Shown in pieces: positions 1 to 5,253 of a DNA stretch of 5,253 nt; within the stretch, counting starts at the first letter, position 1, and each line of letters opens with the position of its first letter. Under the pieces are notes generated by a model. It was given only the letters and a program-made list of their open reading frames with translations, was not told the origin of the DNA and made no database searches. Source of the stretch: Paraphysomonas bandaiensis. Its lineage: Eukaryota > Protista > Chrysophyceae. The translations under genes and the position numbers were made by a program. Where the stretch lies: contig CBFFRP010000657.1 of assembly GCA_965644295.1 (NCBI GenBank), forward strand, positions 1 through 5,253. Reading direction: 5' to 3'.

Positions 1-352
1 AACATTGTTTTACTGTTATAAAGATCAATTCTTTATTGGGTAAAATATCGCTTTTAGTTTGAGTTAGATAACGACGTAATTACTAGTTAAACTTAGTAAG
101 AAATAAGAAAGCTTAGATAAATACTTTACGCAGAAAGTTTTAAATTAGAAGAGATATCATTCATTGTCATTCTCCAACTCATGTTTTCTCTACTACACCA
201 ACCATTTCTAGTACGATCTTACATCGTCACTATCTTGTACAGTCAATATATTTCAGTTTCAGTACTATAATATCTATCATATCATTATTGGTTCTCATTA
301 TACGGTTTATAATATAACCAGCTATTGGACATTTTACACTATGGTTTCTCTT

Positions 353-370
353 ACACACAGAGAGAGAGAG
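353..370 (+). repeat. Short compound microsatellite (AC)3(AG)6
   Basis: ACACAC AGAGAGAGAGAG, followed by GGGG. Confidence 0.7.
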
Positions 371-649
371 GGGGTCTTCGACCTTGTACGGTTTAACCGT
401 GACTATAAACACTATATATTGAATGTCTGATTATTTAGCAATAGGCGTTGAAAGCCTGCACCAATTAGTGGCTAGAAGAATGCTAGTCATACTAGTTAGA
501 CTACTACCCGTAACTAATCAATACAAACTCTTTTATCCTACTATTTAACGCTACAGAAGCTGCTTGTGCGTCGCCGCAAGCACCAAGGTGCAACCACTTC
601 CGTTCTTAGTGTGTGTTATGAGGCTCGCCATGATCGTGTGTCCTGGGAC

Positions 650-2109
650 TCACCGGCGCGTGTGATCTGGAGGTCTCCTCTTGGGATGAGACTCCACTCG
701 CTATATGATAGATAGCCTTATGTACCTCACGGGGACTGACTTATTAGCCTTATGGCAGTTAGGGGAAACAGTAATATGCCCTTCTGAGATTGGCGATCTG
801 GTGGCCTTCCTTTAGGCATTGTTCCAAGTGGCTCGGACGTATGTGGATGAAGGTCTTGCAAAAGCTTATGGCCTACTGTGAAGAATCGTCGAAATCGGCT
901 CTTTTGCTGTCTTAGCCAGCGGTAGAGAACACATGCAAGAGGGTGTATAGCTGTACAGGGGTGGGATGTGAGGGTCATCCGGTGTGTCCAGCTACAGGGT
1001 GTCGAGAGGGAGTGTGATGGTGCAAGAGAGGCAACATCTGATTGAGGAGAGTGAGACTGCGCAACAGAACAAGAGTCACTGAGGTCGAGTACTCTGATAG
1101 ACCTATGCACGAGATGATCGTGATGATGATGATGGTCTGGAGGAGACACTCGGACGTCCTCAGCTGCCCTTGGTAGTGTCTGTGTTGGTGCAGGGGGGTA
1201 CAGGCTGAGGCATAGAGAGTGTGTGTAAGGAAGATGACGGCAAGGTATCAGAGACGAAGGGAGAGGAGATAGTTTGTCCGGGGGTTTTCAAGGAGGAGGC
1301 AGAGTGTACTGTGTGTGTGTACGACACTGCAGTGGTGTTATGAGTGTGTTGGACAGTGAGAGAGAGCTGGTGATGTGTCCAACAGTACAGGTATACAGGT
1401 ACATGGACATGGTGATGTGTCCAACAGTACAGGTATACAGGTACATGGACATGGGGATGTGTCCAACAGCAGTGGAGGTATACACGGAATGGTATACATC
1501 CTGTAGGACACAGTAGTACAGTAGTCGAGTATACCGTATGCGGAATACAGTGTCTATCCAATGAGATGGATGGGCTGTTGGGGTGATAGGTGAACAGGGT
1601 GAGGGGGTAGCCTGCTGGGTGGATGGACCACAGACAAACCATGCTGGGTTGGGTTGAGTGGGCGGCAGAAGGCAGCCCTGTTGCACAGTTGAGAGGGATC
1701 GAGAGTATTCAGTGATTGCATAGGGGGTCCATGGGGGTCGTTTTCGTGAGCCTGCTCGCACGAGCCATGTTCTGAGAGGTTGTAGCCGTAGAAAGCGATG
1801 GGTGAGACGAAGTTGTCTGCTGAGGGGATAGCACATAGGTGCGGTCAGCGCTGCATTGGTGCAGGCACGTGGTTTAACTGAAGTAGTTGAGTAGGGTGAA
1901 GGTTGCAAGGCCAGGCAGGGGGGCTTGGAGCGTGTACAACATGGTGTGACAGGTAATTTGTCGGAAGCGTGGTGGTCAACAAAATGCAGCAGTAAGGGAG
2001 TGTAAAAGGCCCTGGGCACACTGATGTGACTCAGCCACGGTCTCAATAGAGACATTGGGCTTGGAGCTGGTTAATAGGGTGAAACTTTATGTTGGACTGT
2101 ATTTGCCAT
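650..2109 (-). pseudogene. Interrupted long Pro/Ser/Thr/His-rich ORF with repeated [KR]PP[DW] motifs; unknown product, possibly mobile-element derived
   Basis: Track ORFs 1288..2055 and 727..1149 are in the same frame. They are separated by one TGA (1288-1290), and 1287-1150 translates without a stop (KPPDKLSPLPSS...AAEDVR). An in-frame ATG lies at 2109, with one TAA at 2071-2073. A probable frameshifted continuation runs to 650 (...HPKRRPPDHTRR*). No recognisable domain. Caveat: this C-rich strand is poor in stop codons. Confidence 0.45.
1368..1484 (+). repeat. 42-bp tandem repeat, about 2.7 copies
   Basis: Unit TGGTGATGTGTCCAACAGTACAGGTATACAGGTACATGGACA is identical at 1368-1409 and 1410-1451. 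A diverged partial third copy lies at 1452-1484 with a net 3-bp insertion. Confidence 0.95.
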
Positions 2110-2219
2110 CGTAGGGCAGAGATTTGTCTCTATAAACACTATTAATCTATTAATATATACTGACTTTGCCCCTATGGTGTTACTGTGTAAGTATTTACAT
2201 GCACTTACAATAATACAGA

Positions 2220-2425
2220 TTACATCATTTTTATTCACATATTTTTATTAAAAAATAATTTTACAAAAAAATGTAATTATATTATATTATATTTACAAAA
2301 AAAGTGTACAAAAAAATGTATTACATTTCTATTGACATTTTTTATTAAAAATAATATTTCACAAAAACAATAATAATTACGAATATATTTTATAATATAC
2401 AAAAAAGTGTACAAAAAATGTTACA
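2220..2425 (+). repeat. AT-rich tandem duplication, two diverged ~100-bp units
   Basis: Units at about 2220-2320 and 2321-2420 share TTACAT..TATT(C/G)ACAT..TTTTTATTAAAAA..ACAAAAA..TAATTA..TACAAAAAA(A)GTGTACAAAAAA(A)TG in the same order. Confidence 0.85.
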
Positions 2426-2480
2426 CAATAATTAATTAGGGTAATCCACAAGTGATAACCACAAATAGATCTAAAAAAAA

Positions 2481-2870
2481 CGATCTATGTAAAACTAAAA
2501 GCAGGATTTTCGAGAGTTGTTGTGTAGAATAATTTACACAAAAAAAAATTATTCTCTATTGTAGTGTGTGTGAGTTATTGGGTTTAGCGAAACTAGAAGA
2601 TCTATGTAAAATGAATTACACAACCTAAGCTAAAAAATTTGTTTTAATCTGCAGGTGGGGTCATAATTTCACCCCACAATAGACTTATACAAAACACATA
2701 CACTAATAATACGTAATTTACATAATTTTACATAGTTTCGACCGTCGATCTATGTAAAACTAAATTACACAAGAAAAAAATATTCTCTATTGTAGTGTGT
2801 TTGAGTTTTTGGGTTTAGCAAAACTAGAAGAACTATGTAAAATAAATTACACAACCTAAACTAAAAAATT
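2481..2870 (+). repeat. Dispersed direct repeat pair (106-bp core) with internal CTATGTAAAA sub-repeats
   Basis: 2534-2639 and 2765-2870 align without gaps, with 8 mismatches in 106 bp by my count. Both are preceded by CGATCTATGTAAAACTAAA (2481, 2746), and copy 1 has about 35 extra bp in between. Confidence 0.92.
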
Positions 2871-3997
2871 CCTAGGTTTTTCACTCAAATATGTCACAAA
2901 ACTTCAAGAAAATAATCGGCATATTGTACACAGAATCCAGAGACAGATATATGTTAGCTTCACATACAGGATACGATGCGATACTTCTATTAGATAGGTG
3001 AACACAGACTGTGATATGATCATAAAACCTCGCTGGGAATACATGAGCTCATAGTTCTTTCATGCCGCATGCTGCTGGTTGTTGAATTAGCTGGTGAAAG
3101 GCAATCATACAGGAGAGTTGGTCTATTTCAAAGACAGAGATAGCAGAGTTGCTTCCAAGACCATAACACCAGAGGGCTTTCAGGTAATATGATCGGATGA
3201 TATTGTAAAAATATTCAATTTAGTGGTTCGAAACAGAGCATATTAATATACTCATACTGCAGAGCTGATCATCAGAGAGACTCACATAAGAATAACTCCA
3301 CTTGAGTGTCATTCACCTCTCTGATTTGAAGGTATGTACTAATATGATTGTATCATTATAGATACTTCCTCATAGTGTCCTGTATTGATGTATATGAAGG
3401 TACTGTGTTGGAGCATGTCAATCATTGCTGACGTGCAGCATACTCTGCGGAGGAGCCGTATGAACTCGATAATAGAGAGACCCACGCAAGAACTGATATG
3501 TATATACTGATATGAATGTAAGATATACTTTCTCACTGTGTCCTATACGTATTGATGTAAATGAGGACGTTAATCATTGTCACCTAGATATAGGGTGTTT
3601 TGTATCTTGATATCTACCATCTATCGTAAATAGAATATTAATGCTACCTGTGTAACACTCTGCAGAGGATGAATACGCCAGCCTATTAGTAGAATAATAT
3701 GTTGACATGCATTACCAAGATACCTGGTAATCGTAGGTAGTATATATTGATTAGTAATAACAAGATGTAATTTCTTCACTCTGGAAGTTGCATGTAAATA
3801 GTATCGTAATTGTAGACTGATCCATTGTTGTTGGTTTATTGCTAATATATGGAAGAAGCGCCTAAGAAAGAGGTTCTAAGTTAAATGCAGCTATGGCGGT
3901 ACTAAGAATGGTGTGGGAGAAAATGATCCACCAATGGCTAGTTACCCCAATGAAGAGTATGTCAGGAGCATTGGTTCGATTAAATGATGCCGATATC

Positions 3998-4005
3998 GAC
4001 ATACT
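3998..4005 (+). repeat. Target-site duplication, left copy (GACATACT)
   Basis: Directly abuts the left TIR; identical to 4813-4820. Confidence 0.93.
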
Positions 4006-4028
4006 CAGGGATAGGGAACAATATATTG
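4006..4028 (+). repeat. Left terminal inverted repeat (23 bp) of hAT element
   Basis: CAGGGATAGGGAACAATATATTG; exact reverse complement of 4790-4812. Confidence 0.95.
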
Positions 4029-4160
4029 TATTGCAATACATTGTACAATATATTGCAATATATTATATTGTAAAATATATTGATTGGTGGACTGGTCAAA
4101 TATTCCATCAATAGTGTTTCTGCTAAAAGAGCTCACAATACTATTGCAATATATTGCAAT
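4027..4160. repeat. Left subterminal palindromic repeats (TATTGCAATA family)
   Basis: TATTGCAATA at 4029-4038 (within 14-bp palindrome 4027-4040), 4051-4060 (within 18-bp palindrome 4047-4064) and 4142-4151, with a near-copy at 4152-4160. Confidence 0.85.
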
Positions 4161-4210
4161 CAATATTATGATAGTCATATAAGAGAAGATTCTCAACTGT
4201 AGGGTGCAAA

Positions 4211-4579
4211 ATGGATATAAATAACCGAGAAATTGATTACAACATTACAAAGGATAATGAAGCTGATGTTGACTATACGACTAAAAATCTTCAGTCAGCT
4301 CAAAAAATTAAGAAACGTACAGATCCACGAGTCATTAACGGTTGCCTGGCCTTGGTATGCACTTCCAATACATGGGAACGTCTGTTCAGCACAGCTAAAC
4401 ATATTATATCAGTGTTGCGCAAAAGTATCCATCCTACTTAATAATATGCTGTTGTTTTAGAAAGCTATTCGACAGTTATGGCCGGATACTAGCATATTTC
4501 AATTAATTCTGTGGATGAATATGGTGATGTTGACCTCACCGATGATGGCTCAGAGGATGAGGACGAGGTGGATTTTTAG
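4211..4579 (+). pseudogene. hAT transposase C-terminal fragment (Dimer_Tnp_hAT-like region), disrupted
   Basis: Frame of 4211 reads ...CTSNTWERLFSTAKHIISVLRKSIHP. After a frameshift near 4436 it continues LNNMLLF*KAIRQLWP (in-frame TAG at 4458-4460). After a second shift near 4510 there is an acidic tail DEYGDVDLTDDGSEDEDEVDF* ending at 4579. This matches the hAT pattern S-x3-E-R-x-F-S...R...L-F-L-K/R...W. The E at 4376-4378 corresponds to the third catalytic residue motif (Hermes SERTFS). No N-terminal BED or DD regions are present. Confidence 0.88.
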
Positions 4580-4681
4580 TAGCTATAAGCAGCAGTTGGT
4601 TTGGTTGTCATGTGATCTTAATGACTAATACTAAAAATGAAATCTACGGATGTGTTTACCTACTGATTAGTCAAACTAATA

Positions 4682-4794
4682 TATCGCAATACATTGACAA
4701 TATATTGCAATATATTGTAATTGTATTGTAGGACCGGTTTAAAAAATCCATCAATACTATTGATGGAACGCTATCTAACAATAGTATTGCAATA
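4682..4794. repeat. Right subterminal palindromic repeats
   Basis: 22-bp perfect palindrome ACAATATATTGCAATATATTGT at 4697-4718; TCCATCAATA-C-TATTGATGGA at 4747-4767; TATTGCAATA at 4785-4794. Confidence 0.85.
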
Positions 4795-4812
4795 TATTGT
4801 TCCCTATCCCTG
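4790..4812 (-). repeat. Right terminal inverted repeat (23 bp) of hAT element
   Basis: CAATATATTGTTCCCTATCCCTG; exact reverse complement of 4006-4028. Confidence 0.95.
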
Positions 4813-4820
4813 GACATACT
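4813..4820 (+). repeat. Target-site duplication, right copy (GACATACT)
   Basis: Directly abuts the right TIR; identical to 3998-4005. Confidence 0.93.
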
Positions 4821-4919
4821 GATATTGCACTAATACTTCATACCTAATCGTCTCCCTAGAGGTGGTACCTATAACCTCTACATTTCCTACTGATAAGTAT
4901 CCCTATTTATATTAAAATG

Positions 4920-4970
4920 TACCTATAGGCACTGCCTATATGCATCAATACTACCTATAGGTACTACCTA
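4920..4970 (+). repeat. Short direct repeat, TACCTATAGG(C/T)ACT(G/A)CCTA x2
   Basis: 4920-4938 and 4952-4970 match at 17/19. Related TACCTATA-like motifs occur at 4866-4873 and about 4997-5004. Confidence 0.7.
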
Positions 4971-5253
4971 AAATATAATACCAATACGACCTGGAGGTAC
5001 TATAAGTAACAATAATAAACACAGTATAATATGTATTGCAAAGTAGGAAATAATATAAAAGCAAGCAATAATGCAGATCTGTATTATGAATGAAAAGACA
5101 AAGCATGTATTCAATTAAAATAAGACGGTATTCGTATTAACATATTACGAAGTAAAAGTTAACGGCAATTACTAATTAGAACCTACTAATATACATACCA
5201 CGACAAATCTGAACCAAAGCGTAATCTAGCTCCCAATCACCTGTGACCACGTG

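Larger units (their letters stand above)
4006..4812 (+). mobile_element. Non-autonomous hAT-superfamily DNA transposon (807-bp internal-deletion derivative)
   Basis: Seen: perfect 23-bp TIRs CAGGGATAGGGAACAATATATTG (4006-4028; reverse complement at 4790-4812), flanked by identical 8-bp direct repeats GACATACT (3998-4005, 4813-4820). Established: an 8-bp TSD and TIRs starting YARNG are hAT hallmarks, and the first 7 nt match the maize Ac terminus CAGGGAT. An internal hAT transposase C-terminal remnant agrees with this call. Confidence 0.95.

Noticed and set aside
230-412. 60-aa minus-strand ORF
   Set aside because: Short, non-ATG start, crosses a microsatellite, and has no motif.
636-656. Minus-strand CCGGTGAGTCC-CA-GGAC-ACAC, resembling a hammerhead ribozyme core (CUGAUGA-stem II-GAAA)
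   Set aside because: Two core mismatches in CUGANGA and no GAAA box; cannot be supported.
1244-1253. GGTATCAGAG, resembling a tRNA-Met primer-binding site
   Set aside because: It lacks the TGG start, has no adjacent LTR end, lies mid-ORF on the opposite strand, and no LTR pair is present in the window.
1368-1484. Possible CRISPR array
   Set aside because: The units are contiguous and identical, with no unique spacers and no cas genes; this is a simple tandem repeat.
1160-1642. Overlapping ORFs 1160..1642(-) and 1274..1516(+)
   Set aside because: Shadow frames kept open by the 42-bp repeat and skewed composition; no recognisable protein features.
436-2109. Fanzor/TnpB-like system (ORF plus structured RNA)
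   Set aside because: No RuvC or zinc-finger motifs are visible in the frames I examined, and no matching element ends were found.
3091-3183. Possible 93-bp exon (TAG|LVKGNHTGELVYFKDRDSRVASKTITPEGFQ|GTAATA)
   Set aside because: The splice-like dinucleotides fit, but I found no neighbouring exons or recognisable homology; insufficient support.
3453-3463. GAGCCGTATGA, resembling the 5' arm of group II intron domain V
   Set aside because: No GNRA loop or complementary 3' arm (..CGTACGGTTC) follows, and no domain VI is present.
3339-3536. 65-aa minus-strand ORF
   Set aside because: GTG start and no recognisable domain; noted only as part of the degenerate duplication.
3893-4196. ORFs 3893..4114(+) and 4005..4196(-)
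   Set aside because: They run through the transposon TIR and subterminal repeats; the I/Y/Q-rich translations are repeat artefacts.
4233-4460. ORF 4233..4460(+) as an independent gene
   Set aside because: Only its last ~7 codons (LNNMLLF) belong to the frameshifted transposase remnant; the rest is an alternative frame.

Overview
This window looks like eukaryotic, repeat-rich, largely non-genic DNA. I see no intact recognisable gene, operon, rRNA/tRNA or CRISPR array. (1) The best-supported feature is an 807-bp non-autonomous hAT DNA transposon at 4006-4812. It has perfect 23-bp TIRs, a perfect 8-bp target-site duplication (GACATACT), palindromic TATTGCAATA subterminal repeats, and a decayed 3' fragment of the transposase (the S..ERLFS...LF-K...LW region). 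(2) A GC-richer, strand-skewed block at about 550-2125 carries one long interrupted minus-strand reading frame (2109 to 727, probably continuing to 650). This frame joins two ORFs that the track lists separately. It encodes recurring [KR]PP[DW] motifs and contains a 42-bp tandem repeat. It is followed by a hairpin-rich tract and bracketed by a 13-bp direct repeat. It may be a relic of a retroelement or other mobile element, but I cannot assign a family. (3) An AT-rich block at 2220-2870 is built from nested direct and inverted repeats. (4) Smaller degenerate duplications lie at 3375-3668 and 4865-5004. I cannot support a new biological system from the sequence alone; block (2) is the best candidate for follow-up.
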